NCBI GenBank assembly: GCA_004022145.1
Contig: RCNU01000002.1
From: Paecilomyces variotii
Lineage: Eukaryota
DNA length: 64,000 bases
Direction: 5' to 3' (one strand)
In this document: piece after piece, positions 24,401-36,038 of the stretch
How positions within the stretch are numbered: the stretch's first letter is position 1
How the letters are laid out: the number at the start of each line of letters is the position of its first letter
Translations under genes and position numbers: made by a program
The notes under the pieces: model-generated
What the model saw: only the letters and a program-made list of their open reading frames with translations
The model's database searches: none
Told to the model about the DNA's origin: nothing

Positions 24401-24598
24401 CTTAGTCCGGCCAGTCAGCCAGTCAAACTACTCCGCATCTCGACTGAAATTCGATCGATCCCTGGTCGATGCTGCCTCGAACGGGAATCCCGTGGCGTCT
24501 GGCCTCGCCCAGTGTCCTTGGATGGGCGGCTGACCCGACGGACGGTCGAACTGGGGCCCCATAGTCTCTCTCTCTGCTTGTTCGATGTTGTCGCCGCA

Positions 24599-25009
24599 AT
24601 GCCGTTGCCCGTCTTTCTTATTAACGTCTCGTTCCCCCGGGTTTTCTGCTCCTTTGTCTTCCGTTGTCTTACTTGCCCATCAAATTTATTCAATTCTCCT
24701 TCTGGCAGGTTGGCGTTGATCAGTCCAGTTCACCGTTTGGTCTACCTGCCTGTTTGAGGGTCGGTGGTTGCTATATACTCCCCCCCCCTTCCAGTTATAG
24801 AAGGAGCTGAGCTGAGATTTCTCTCTCTCTCTCTCTCTGTCTACTTTTTTTGCTTTTTCTTCTTTTTCTCTGGGGGAGGGGGCAATTGGAGTCTCTTTCC
24901 GCCCCGGGGACTTCTTTTTTGCTTTCTTTTGACTTTCTGCTTTGAGGGTCAGGATCCTGGGATCACCTTTCTCAGTGAGACAAGAAGCAACAAAAAACAA
25001 AAAAAATGA
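24599..25009 (+). promoter_or_regulatory. Candidate (spliced) upstream ORF in the MFS transporter 5' leader
   Basis: ATG at 24599 has a purine at -3. Unspliced it reads 52 aa to 24757. With two pyrimidine-rich GT-AG introns removed it ends in a TGA (25007-25009) that overlaps the MFS ATG. Confidence 0.5.
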
Positions 25010-26932
25010 CTGAGAAGGTCCGTGAATCTGAGGCTTCCTCGGCCACCCAGGCGGAATATGGCCCCGAGGCCATCGACAAGGCCGCTCCGCCGCGTCGCCA
25101 TGCCCATTGGGGGGCCGATCCCGCCGCCGAGCAGCAGATCATAGATTCCCTCGAAAAGGCCCAGGCGGAGGACGAACGCGATGATGGCAAGATCGAGATC
25201 ACCGAGGAGGAGTGCTACGAGCAGCTCGGCTACTCCTTTCCCTCGTGGAAGAAGTGGATGATCCTCACCGTCATCTTCATGGTCCAGGTCTCCATGAACT
25301 TCAACACCTCGCTCTACTCCAATGCCCTCGGCGGCATCTCGGAGGAGTTCAATGTCAGCATGCAGGCCGCCCGCTGCGGTGCCATGATCTTCCTCGTCCT
25401 CTACGCCTTTGGCTGTGAGCTGTGGGCGCCCTGGAGTGAGGAGCTGGGCCGCAAGCCCATCCTCCAGGCCAGTTTGTTCCTCGTCAATATCTGGCAGCTG
25501 CCCGTCGCCCTGGCCCCCAACTTTGCCTCCATCATGGTCGGCCGTGCCCTCGGCGGTCTGTCCTCGGCCGGAGGTTCAGTCACCCTGGGTATGATTGCGG
25601 ATATGTGGGAGTCGGACACCCAGCAGTATGCCGTCGCCTTCGTCGTCTTCTCCTCCGTCGGTGGTTCCGTGCTGGGACCCGTCATCGGTGGTTTCATCGA
25701 GAAATTCCTGCCCTGGCGGTGGTGTATCTGGATTCAGCTGATCTTCGGCGGGTTCGTCCAGCTGCTGCACTTCGTCCTGGTGCCCGAGACCCGTTCCACC
25801 GTCCTGATGGACCGCATCGCCAAGAAGAAGCGCAAGAGCGGCGAGAACCCCAACCTCTACGGTCCCAACGAGCTGGTGCCCCTGTCGGAGCGCCTGTCGG
25901 TCCACGAGATTCTGGTTACCTTCATCCGTCCCTTCAAGATGTTCCTGACGGAGCCCATCGTGCTGACCCTGTCGCTGCTCTCTGGGTTCTCCGACGCCCT
26001 CATCTTCATGTTCATCCAGTCCTTCTCGCTGGTGTACAGCCAGTGGGGCTTTGGCACCATCGCCCTGGGTCTGTCGTTCATTCCCATCCTGGTCGGTTAC
26101 TTCATCGCCTGGTTCTCCTTCATCCCCGCCATCAAGCGCAACATCAAGGAGCGCGCCGCCAAGCCCGACGACGAGCGGGCCCAGTACGAGTCCCGACTGT
26201 GGTGGCTGCTCTACACGGCCCCGTGTCTGCCCATCGGTCTGATCGGTTTCGCCTGGACCAGCCTGGGACCTCCCGTCCACTGGATCGGTAGCATGATTTT
26301 CTCTGCCATTGTCGGCATTGCCAACTACAGTATCTACATGGCTACCATCGACTACATGGTCTGTGCCTATGGTCCCTACTCGGCCTCCGCCACCGGCGGT
26401 AACGGATGGGCCCGTGATTTCTTGGCCGGTGTCTTGACCATTCCGGCCACACCTTTCTTCCAGAGTAAGTTATTCTGTTTTCCTCTTCTAGATAATGATC
26501 TATTATGATGCAGCATCAATCAATACTGACCCCGTCACAGACATTGGTGGCGAGCATCATCTTGAATATGCCTCGACGATCCTCTTCTGTATCTCTTTCC
26601 TCCTCGTGTTGGCTGTCTACGTGATCTACTGGAAGGGACCTGTGCTGCGAAAGCGCTCTCCCTTCGCCCAGCAGCTGGATGACGCTCGCCAGCAGACGGC
26701 GGCCGAGGTGTCTGGCGATCCCAGCCGTCCTGTCCGCCCTGCCGCTCTGCGCGCCCACTCCTTTGCCCGTTCCGCCCAGGACCTGCGCATTCGCCAGGCC
26801 ATGGGCAGTCGCCACGCCTCGAGCTCGCGCGTCAACTCGCGGGCTAACTCGAGGGCCAACTCGCGGGCCAATTCCCGGGTCAACTCCCGGGCTAACTCCC
26901 GCCGTGGCAGTCTGGCCGAGTCCGAAGAGTAG
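25006..26932 (+). CDS. MFS transporter, DHA1 (drug:H+ antiporter / polyamine transporter-like); intron at about 26466-26540
   Basis: WKKW, WAPWSEELGRKP, VLGPVIGG, VPETR and PFKMFLTEPIV motifs, with about 12 hydrophobic segments. Confidence 0.93.
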
Positions 26933-28002
26933 TTCTTTTTTTTCTGGTGTTTTTGTTTTTTTGTAGAAGAGTCTACAGTTTAATGCTACTCCAGTGTCTG
27001 GGGTACGTACAGGCGAAACCCGCCGGGGATCTGCTCTTCTGAGCTATTTGTCATGTCTCACGTCGATTGACGGCCACCATCTCTGCTCCAGCGTTGAAGC
27101 TGGCAATGATACCTCATCTTGCATTTCCATTCTTCGCTCTGTCCTTGCTCTATTCGCGTTGCATGACCAAAAAAGTCATACTGTATCAGCTAGACCTGTA
27201 TGTTTAGTTTAGGGTTGGAGTTGCGATAGAAGCTAGCATGAATTGACGGATTGAACAAACTCGCTGGTATTCGTTTGCGGTATCTAAGTTAGTCCTGTCG
27301 TAGTTTCCGACATCGTAGCCACTTTCGTCGGCATCGCTTGCCCAGTCGAGGTGGCAACGACAATCGCATTATCCGGCCGAATGATCACCCATCCCGATGT
27401 GTGTCTTCTCGGGCTGCCGAGAGGGCCTGCATCAATTATCGAGTTCCGCATGCTTCTGGCATCTGGACCCTCACCCACCGCAAACGGGACGATCTGGCCG
27501 TAGCCGCCTTTGTCGGATCTGGCCGATGCGATGACAGTGCGTTGTGGCTAGATCTGACTGTGGATGGGGGTTTTGTTTTCGCCTCACATTCCCGATCACA
27601 TTGTGGCGCAGAAGGAGCATGATTGGTGATCGGGGTGATGGTTCCGGACCGGTCGGGAAGTTGAATAGAATAAGGTATGGTATGCGAGAGGCTGAGTCCA
27701 TGTAGGGCTGGACTGGTCTGGGGAATGGATTATATGTATGTAGTTTTGTTTTGGTTTTAGTATGTTTTTTTTTTTTAGATGATTATAGTTCATAGGTATG
27801 GATCTCGTATAGACTTAGTATTTGTGTATGTACCTAATGTGTGTACATACGTAGGGACTGGAGGGAGATACAAATAGCATGTCACTTGATGACGATAATT
27901 GAGGTGTTTTATTTTATTTAATTGTTTTCTAGAATCTAGTCCAGTCTATTCTATATACTCTACTGTACAGGTAGTTATTATTAGTTATCACATTATGCAA
28001 TT

Positions 28003-28248
28003 TGTCGGCGTATAAAGCAAATGCCAGGTGATCTGTTAATCATCTATTTGCGGCAGATTTTTTTTGAATCCTGATTATGCTAGATTACTAGTTACTAGAT
28101 TACTAGATTACTAGATTACTAGGATCTAGATTCTTTATATGCTAGAGATAAATATGGGATCAACCCCCCCCCCCCCCCCCCCCCCTCCTAGACCTAGAGT
28201 TCAAGCAAGCAATTCAGATCTTGCTTCCGTGCTCTTTAGGGTTTGACA
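28003..28248. mobile_element. Solo LTR, copy B, RIP-like mutated
   Basis: TGTCGG...TTTGACA. Aligns with 6674-6906; the 5' part differs by C>T and G>A changes. Contains TTACTAGA octamer repeats and an expanded poly-C. Confidence 0.7.
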
Positions 28249-29459
28249 CATAATTAAAGCAACGATATTGCATCTACTAGATCAGATCAGATCAACCTTA
28301 CACCATCAAATCCTCTATACTATAAGTGTACTATTATATTATATTATATGTATATATAAATAAATATAAAGAATAATTAGTCCTCTAGGAGTAGATAAAG
28401 GATAAATCAGCACTATAATATATATATTTAGATATAGAGTAGAGTAGAGTAGAAGTCTTTAAGCTAGCTCGCTAGATAATAATAATACTCTGGGGTGATA
28501 AATAGTGGTATATAACCTATATTGGGTTAAATATATACTATATCTCTAACTCCTGAGAGTTGTCTGCGAGAATATAAGAAATCCTGAATGGGTACTACTT
28601 ATATTTTATATGTTTATATTATAGTTAGTTATATATATAGCAATTCTATTTTAATAGGCATAGGAGTTGTCTTAGATAACCTCCGTAATAATAGATATAA
28701 AGGCAAAGATGTAATATAGATATAACTATCAAGCTCTTAGATATTAATAGATATATTTCATCTTTATATCTCTTTCTTTTTTTTTTCTCTCTCTTATTTA
28801 TATACATATACCCATCTCAGGAGAGTCCTGCTGGCAATTCAGATCTTGCTTCCGTGCTCTTTAAGGTTCGACACATAATTAAAGCAACAATATTGCATCT
28901 ACTAGATCAGATCAGATCAACCTTATACTACTAAATCCTCTATACTATAAGTATACTATTATATTATATTATATATACATATAAATAAATATAAAGAATA
29001 ATTGGTCCTCTGGGAGTGGATAAAGGATAAATCAGCACCGTAGTATATATATTTAGATATAGAGTAGAGTAGAATAGAAGTCTTTGAGCTAGCTTGCTAG
29101 ATAATAATAATACTCTGGGGTGACAAATAGTGGTATATAACCTATGTTAGGTTAAGTATATACTATATCCTTAACTCCTGGGAGTTGTCTGTGAGAATAT
29201 AAGGAATCCTGAATAGATACTACTTGTATTTTATATATTTATATTATAGTTAATTATATATATAGCAATTCTATTTTAATAGGCGTAGGAGTTATCTTAG
29301 GTAACCTCCGTAGTAGTAGATATAAAGGCAAAGATATAATATGGATATAACTATCAAGCTCTTGGATATCAATAGATGTATTTCGTCTTTGTGTCTCTTT
29401 CTTTTTTTTTTCTCTCTCTTATTTATATACATGTACCCATCTCAGGAGAGTCCTGCTGG
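28210..29459. repeat. Head-to-tail tandem duplication, 2 x 625 bp (28210-28834, 28835-29459), AT-rich
   Basis: Both units start CAATTCAGATCTTGCTTCCGTGCTC and end CCCATCTCAGGAGAGTCCTGCTGG. Mismatches are overwhelmingly C/T and G/A. Confidence 0.95.
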
Positions 29460-29478
29460 ATATACTATAGCTTCAAGC

Positions 29479-30878
29479 CTAGTGACCATGGTGTTGCTTT
29501 TGCTCTTGCTTCGATTCCTATAGATGGGGGAAAAAAAACGTTAATATCAATAATGACCCATATATCATTTGCTATTCAGCCGAAGACATGAAGATGAACC
29601 CACTTTTCTCGTAGCAGTCACATCGACATTATAGCCGGTCTTGGTGTCATAGGGGAACGGGCTAGTGTAGTTGTAAGTCGGTTCCAGATGACCCCAGGTC
29701 TTCTTGACCTGTTCCAGAATGCCGTGTCCGGCAGAGCATTGGCCAGAAGTGGCGGGGACGGGCCAGTCGGGGGTGTACGTGGAGTAAGTGTTGGTTGAGA
29801 AGGGACCGGGGAGGGTCTGGTTAAGGTATAAGTTGGTCGTGTCGACTTCGTAGTTGACGTAGCCGGTCTTGTTGGCGACGATCTCGAAAATGTTGGCTCC
29901 GCAGTCCCAGCGGCCGAGGGAGGGGAGACCCCAGTTGGCAGATAGGGAGGCGATGGTGGAGTAGTGAGTGTAGAATGTGTTGTCCTCGGTTCCCTTGAGT
30001 TCCTCGGGGATGGCACCGCCGAGGAGGATGCTGAAGACCCTGTTTCCAGTCGGGTAGAGGTGGGTTTCGTCAAAGGTGAGCAGGAGCAGAGTGTCCTTCA
30101 TGAAGTATTCGTTTTCCAGGAGAGGCTGGACGAAACCGCGTTCCCACTTGGAACCGAAGGTGATGGTGGTGTCGTGCGCGTCGTTAGTAAGGTTACTGGT
30201 GATGAACGCGTACTGCGGAAGCTTCTCATGCTCGAGATCTTCGTAGAAGTTGGTGAAGTTCTTGATCTGACGGAGTCGGTTGTTGTCTTGGGTGACCGAG
30301 TCGTAGAGGATCAGCGGGTTATGCTTCCGCACGTAATCTCCGGCCATGGTGACTTGGTTGGAGTAGTTGAACCCTTGGAAACCGGGGTAGGGCATGTGCT
30401 CTTGGTATTCTCCCCAGGCAATCTTCTTGGTATCGAACAGATCCGCGATGGAGGAGATATTGGCGGGCACCTGGTTGAAGTTGTCGTTGTCCATGCCAAA
30501 GGTGTCACCACCGGCTGAAGCACAGTAGTTCGGCTCGGACGGATGAGTAACGGCCCAGTAGTTGGTCAATGTGATGCCCTGTTTGGCGAGCCATTGCTGG
30601 TTGGGATCACCAGCTGCGGCGGAGTAGTCCTGTATACTTCATTAGTCACGTGCCTGTATAGCTGCGAGTCATATCGACGATTAGATACTTACAATGTTCT
30701 CCAGCCAGATCTGGTAGAACTTGTTGAAGGCGACACCCTTGACGTTCGAGACAGGGCTCAGTGGGAGCGTAGTGGCAGCAGCAGCTTCAATCTCCTGCAG
30801 GGTCGGCTCCTCGACAGTGCTGGTGGCAGCCAAGGCCAAGCTCGCCGTGGCGAGGATGTTCGCGATGGAAGCTCTCAT
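29479..30878 (-). CDS. Secreted acid phosphatase (phosphoesterase family, PhoA-like). Intron at 30630-30692; probable last intron at 29518-29603 (stop at 29565 if unspliced)
   Basis: Signal peptide, QIWLEN, THPSEPNY, YVRKHNP, NDAHDT, LLTFDE and YTHYS...NWGLPSLGRWD. Confidence 0.92.
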
Positions 30879-31851
30879 CTTGGCGTCTGTCAGCGGAGGA
30901 GAGTTGGTCACTGATACAGAGGACAATGATCAGAGTATGATCGCTTTTATATGTATATCTATTCAGCGGTCTCCCCGTAAAACCCACCACGTGCACGTTC
31001 AGGGACTCTTAGATCCCGGTTAAGTTCCGAGAGCTCATAATGTGGCCGCGGAGTTAATCATTATTAACAGATATCCCAGCAAACAGATGGAGACTGTCCA
31101 GGTGGGTTGCCCTTGCTGCGAAGGAATGGCATCGGGAAGCATCACCACGATGTCTGCAGGGAACTTCTTACTTGACAATCGGCATGCCAACTAGCCCTCT
31201 GCGGTTAAACATCATCGGGAGCTAATCTGAATACCCTTGCCGGTCCTCTGAGCATCCTCGAGTGACATCCGAGGGGTTTCCCATTCTAGAACTCATGATT
31301 TTTAATTAACACAGGCGATTCGTTGCTATATCTGGAGGTCTTCCCTGATTTCGCTGGGCATCGGGGTGAGAGAGCAATTTGGCCCGGCACTAGAATTGCT
31401 TTGAGCGGACGAATCCGTGTTTCCAACATGCCGCACGTGCTGGAATGGACGCTGTCCACAGGCCTGTTATATTATTGTTAGCGAGGGACGGCGCCTCGTG
31501 AGGAACATATGCTGTCGAGGTCGCTCCGCAGCAATCTTCGAAAGATCTTGCGGATAACCGGCCGCATACCCTATGCCGTTGATTTCTTGTCGCTGTGTGG
31601 TAAACGAAGCTCTCAGGAAGCTTCGTATTTCATACTCCAAGAACTTCCACTCCACTTGATTGTCGGCATCTTCCGCACACCTAGACCACGGTCTGGAAAC
31701 GCGCATCGAGCAATGATGAGCTTCTGATCACCGTCGTGCGCAGCATAACTAGTTCCTTTCGATTTTTCTCTTCTTAGCAATAGTTTTCCTAGACCGATGT
31801 CCGGGCTGGTACCTGCAGCGTAAGCAGGCGCCGCAGCGCATATCAGCAAGT

Positions 31852-33843
31852 ATGGGCACTGGGAGTACAGCGCGGGAGAAGAGTTACGGGCAACCCGTCG
31901 AAAAGCAGAAAGGTCCAACTCGCCTGGCTTTGATAATATCTGGCGCATTCGCTCTTTTCATCATCATTGCCTCCGGTCTTTGTTCGGGACTGGGTCTGAG
32001 GCTAAACCATGAGCGCATTGCCGTGCCTCCGGTAGAAACCAATACAAGCGGCGGCACTGCCAGCTCTCCAACGCTGCCGCCATGGAGACGGGACATGTCC
32101 GAGTATGATTTGGACATGGATAGCTGGGATATCGATGCCGAACCTACGACACGAAACTATAACTTCGTACTATCGGAGGTCACCGCAGCTCCCGATGGTA
32201 CGTATCGAATAGCTCTTGTAATGTGTTGATTTCTATGCGAGCCTGAAGCTAATCGATTGCTCATAGGGGTCGTTCGACAGTTGTTTGTCATTAATGGGCA
32301 ATTTCCAGGCCCTCTCATTCGGGCAAACCGAGGAGACCGGATCGTGGTTAATGTGACAAACCACCTATCCGAGCCTACTTCTATGCATTGGCATGGGATG
32401 TTTCAAAACGGTACCAACTGGATGGATGGCACTGCCGGAATCACCCAGTGCCCTATCCCTCCGGGAAAGAGCTTCCTTTATAATTTCACCGTCGAAAATC
32501 AATATGGAACCTTCTGGTACCATTCCCATTATTCCACCCAGTACATGGATGGTCTTTTTGGTCCTCTCATAGTCCACTCTCCGGAAGAAGCTCGTTTCAG
32601 AGAGCTTTATGACCATGATCAAGTTGTGATTCTCCAAGATTACTATCACAACGTTTCCTCGACTCTTATCCCCGGGTACCTTGCCCCTGGGAATGAGAAC
32701 AATGAACCTGTCCCGGATAATGGTCTTCTGCAGGGGACCAACTAGTAAGTTTTTGAGAAATATGTCACTGTAAGACCGGAGCTGACATTTCTAAGCTTCA
32801 ATTGTTCATCTCTGGCGACTGCCAGTGGCTATATCTGCCACGACAACTCCACCAGAGCAGCGATCCCAGTGCAAAGGAACAAGAGACACCGTCTTCGACT
32901 GATCAACGCGGGCGGATTCGCGGAGTTCCAGTTCTCTATAGATAACCATACTCTATCAGTTATCGAGGCAGACGCCACCATGGTGGAACCGTTAGAAGTG
33001 CATCGGCTTGAGATCTCTGTTGCTCAGCGTTATTCAGTCATTCTGACAGCTGATCAAGAAGCGGGAAATTATTGGATCCGTGTAGACATGAACACTTTGT
33101 GTTTCACGGCCAGAAATCCCCTTCTCGACCCCGCTATAAAGGGTATCCTAACATATACAAACACCAGTACCGATCCGGAAGAGGGAATCTCCACAGACTG
33201 GTCAGATGCAAGAAATGTCCTGTGTCAAGACCTAAATTCCACCTTACTCGTCCCAGCTGAGCCGGAATCTCCACCTCCAGCTGATGTGGTCTACTCTCTC
33301 AAATTCGCATTTATGATCGGAGCGTATACTTTATCTCGGGCATACGTCAACGAGTCAGTCTCATGGACGGTTCCCGACGTTCCGACTTTGAACACCGCAG
33401 TTTCGGGTCTCCGTTCTGGAAACCAGACGTTTAATACGACCGGAGTGGCCCCCTCGTATGGATTCGAGAACCAGTATATTATCAGCATCCCTGAGAACCA
33501 GGTAGTCGATCTCTTGATAACGAACATGGACGAGGGAGCGCACCCTTTCCATCTCCACGGTCACGAATTCTGGGTCATGGCCACATCCCCAGAGCAATAT
33601 TTCCCCTGGCACACATATGGGTCGCTTAACACGACGAATCCTCTACGGAGAGATACCGTGACGGTTGACGCCTACGGATGGGCTCTCATCCGGTTTCGCA
33701 GTGATAACCCAGGAATGTGGGCTTTCCACTGCCATATCACCTGGCACATGGAGGCTGGACTCCTGGTACAATTCCAGACGCGCAACGACTTGATGAAAGA
33801 TTGGACGCTACCAGAGGATGTACTCGGTCTATGTGAAGCATGA
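31852..33843 (+). CDS. Multicopper oxidase (laccase-like) with an N-terminal membrane anchor (exons 31852-32197, 32267-32744, 32796-33843)
   Basis: All four copper motifs are present: HWHG, WYHSH, HPFHLHGH and HCHITWHMEAGL (axial Leu). Confidence 0.93.
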
Positions 33844-34388
33844 TTCTGTGCGAAGTTGACGGTTTTATGACTGGAATTTTCAGTATCCGTTCTACGTGCA
33901 TCGTTGGGAATTTTAGCATAGCTATAGGCGTTGGGGAAACAAGGAGGGCATTTTTTTATTCATGTCTCTATATTACTATTAAGAAAAAGGAGGTATTAAT
34001 TAAGCAAAGCTCATATTGCCGAATCCAAAATGGCACAGAGTTAATGTGAAATTTATAAATGAGCAATTCCACTGGCCTTTTCGACGCCGGGGTGAAAACG
34101 CACTCAGACTTACGGGTAGACGTCACGTAGATCAACGCTCGAGTCGGTCCATTAATCTACACGAGGATATATATAGGGCTGCATAGTTCTTGTGAACTGG
34201 AAACGGACTAGACATGAGATGTCCTTCTGATAATAGCTTGTCAATTCAAATTATTCTTCGTGGAATGTAACAGGTTACCTGCTTTACCTGTTGTGAAATT
34301 ATTGTACGACCGCCCCGCGGCCAGTAAATTACGTATCAATCTCCACCACTCTCACGGGCTATTTCATAAATCAGATCAATGTATCTCA

Positions 34389-36038
34389 TCAAGGCAAAAC
34401 GGCATTTCGTTGCCAGGGAAGAGGCTGCTCGGCGGGTTTCAACGATCCTAGATCTCCTCCACTAGCACGACGTTTGGCATATGCTTCGATCTCGTCCTGA
34501 TCGACCCAATTCCCATGCACACCAAGCCCGAGTTTCATTGGGAGACGGATGATAGCAATAGGGCCCTGGGCGACGTTCAACGAGTCGAAGAGCAAGATAT
34601 CATTCCTCATTTCATCGAGACGGTTAGCGAAACAAATAACCCATCCGACTCCTTCTTCTTGGGATTCTTTCTTGGGAATGAAAACAGGCTCCTGAAGAGT
34701 CGAGGTTGGCCCGGCGAACCACACATCACGTTCGCCTGTGTCCCAGTTAAAATGACCGAGGCAGTTAAACAGCCCGCCGGCCGGTGAGCCACATTTTGCA
34801 CCATCGTAAGGTCTGGTGCCTTCAATGAGTAGCTGCCAGAAGTGGGAGTATCGTTTTCCCATAAACCTCTCGTCAATGCGCGCGAATTCACCGGAATTAT
34901 CCAGATCCATCTGTGGATAAATGAGCGTGTCGGACGGTAATTTGGGGTCGATCACCCAACGGGTCGTTGGAGATTTGATCTCCTTCCTCTCCTCGGCTTC
35001 AGCTGCTGGTGACGGGGGAGTGAGCTTTGGATCTGGCGGGAAGAAAAAGAATACGTTGCCATTTGCAACTGTGAGATCCGCTACTATATTCCCATCTTCA
35101 TCCTCATAGCTGCCGGCAAAATGGCCCTGGAAGGCATTTGGACCCCGATACCATCTTGCATCTTCTGGCTTTGCATTGCGGCGAGGGAAAACGCCATAGA
35201 TTTGGTTCTCGTTCGGATCCCACGCGAAATGATTTCCTCCCTCACGAAGCCGATCAAGTGATACCTTGAGCGGCGTCAGAGGGAGAATCACGTAGTTTTT
35301 GGTGATCGTGCAATCATGGATGAACCCGCAGAACGGCGCCTGGTACCAACACTCTTCCGTCTTGCGGCCTTCCTTGTCGATAGTCCATATGACAATGTCT
35401 CGGGATGCATCCTGTCCGTTTCCACCAGCTTCGTAAGCGAAGGCAACCATCTCACCTGTATCCGGATCGATCTTTGGGTGGGCAGTGAAGGTTGGAGCAA
35501 GAATCTGACCCTCGAAATCATATCGTCCAATAGTCTCCAGCGTCACCGGATCCATGGCAAATGGAGGGCCATCCTCCTTGAGAGCGAGCAATGTCCCTCT
35601 CCAAAAGAAGATATTTGTATTCGACACTGTCCGAAGGATTCCTCTCACTGCCTCACTATCAGTGTACGGATTGCGGTATTTCCCAAAGAGATTTTTCCGC
35701 GCCGCCGTCTCGACCTTAAACCTATCTGTCTGGACGTATCGTTGCTTAAAATCGGCGTGGCCATTCTCGATACGAATCGCGGTGACATTGCCATCTCCAC
35801 TAAAGTGAATATCTTCTTCATATGTTGGGGGAAAGCGATGGTCAGGCTGGACGCGATAGAAGGTTCCTGAGATCTCCTTTGGGATCGACCCTTCGATTTC
35901 CAAGTCGAATATATCTCCTTCGATGCGCGAAGGACGGGCAAAACCGGTGAAGACAGCGGTGTTGGGAAACTGAACTTGATCTGTCGCTTTCTTTCCGTTC
36001 ACGTAAACTGGTCCAGTTTTGTGTAGGATATGTGCCAT
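34389..36038 (-). CDS. Carotenoid-oxygenase (RPE65) family dioxygenase, lignostilbene/resveratrol-cleaving type; intronless
   Basis: GTFYRVQPD, LFGKYRNPYTD, ALKEDGPP, FTAHPK, FIHD, EFARID, QEPVF and GVHGNW. The YRN Tyr and the ALKE Lys are characteristic of stilbene-cleaving members. Confidence 0.9.
   Translation of the reverse strand: MAHILHKTGPVYVNGKKATDQVQFPNTAVFTGFARPSRIEGDIFDLEIEGSIPKEISGTFYRVQPDHRFPPTYEEDIHFSGDGNVTAIRIENGHADFKQRYVQTDRFKVETAARKNLFGKYRNPYTDSEAVRGILRTVSNTNIFFWRGTLLALKEDGPPFAMDPVTLETIGRYDFEGQILAPTFTAHPKIDPDTGEMVAFAYEAGGNGQDASRDIVIWTIDKEGRKTEECWYQAPFCGFIHDCTITKNYVILPLTPLKVSLDRLREGGNHFAWDPNENQIYGVFPRRNAKPEDARWYRGPNAFQGHFAGSYEDEDGNIVADLTVANGNVFFFFPPDPKLTPPSPAAEAEERKEIKSPTTRWVIDPKLPSDTLIYPQMDLDNSGEFARIDERFMGKRYSHFWQLLIEGTRPYDGAKCGSPAGGLFNCLGHFNWDTGERDVWFAGPTSTLQEPVFIPKKESQEEGVGWVICFANRLDEMRNDILLFDSLNVAQGPIAIIRLPMKLGLGVHGNWVDQDEIEAYAKRRASGGDLGSLKPAEQPLPWQRNAVLP

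Noticed and set aside
24802-24820. GCTGAGA as part of a TPP riboswitch in the MFS leader intron
   Set aside because: The remaining aptamer core (CCTGAT...TAAT...GCGNAGG-like) is absent.
20774-26291. Long antisense or alternate-frame ORFs over DOM34 and the MFS gene
   Set aside because: Expected shadows of GC3-biased coding sequence; no independent motifs.
28080-28122. TTACTAGA repeats as a Starship TTAC target/boundary or a CRISPR-like array
   Set aside because: They are an internal microsatellite of the LTR, also present at about 6750-6795. No tyrosine-recombinase captain or spacer structure is present.
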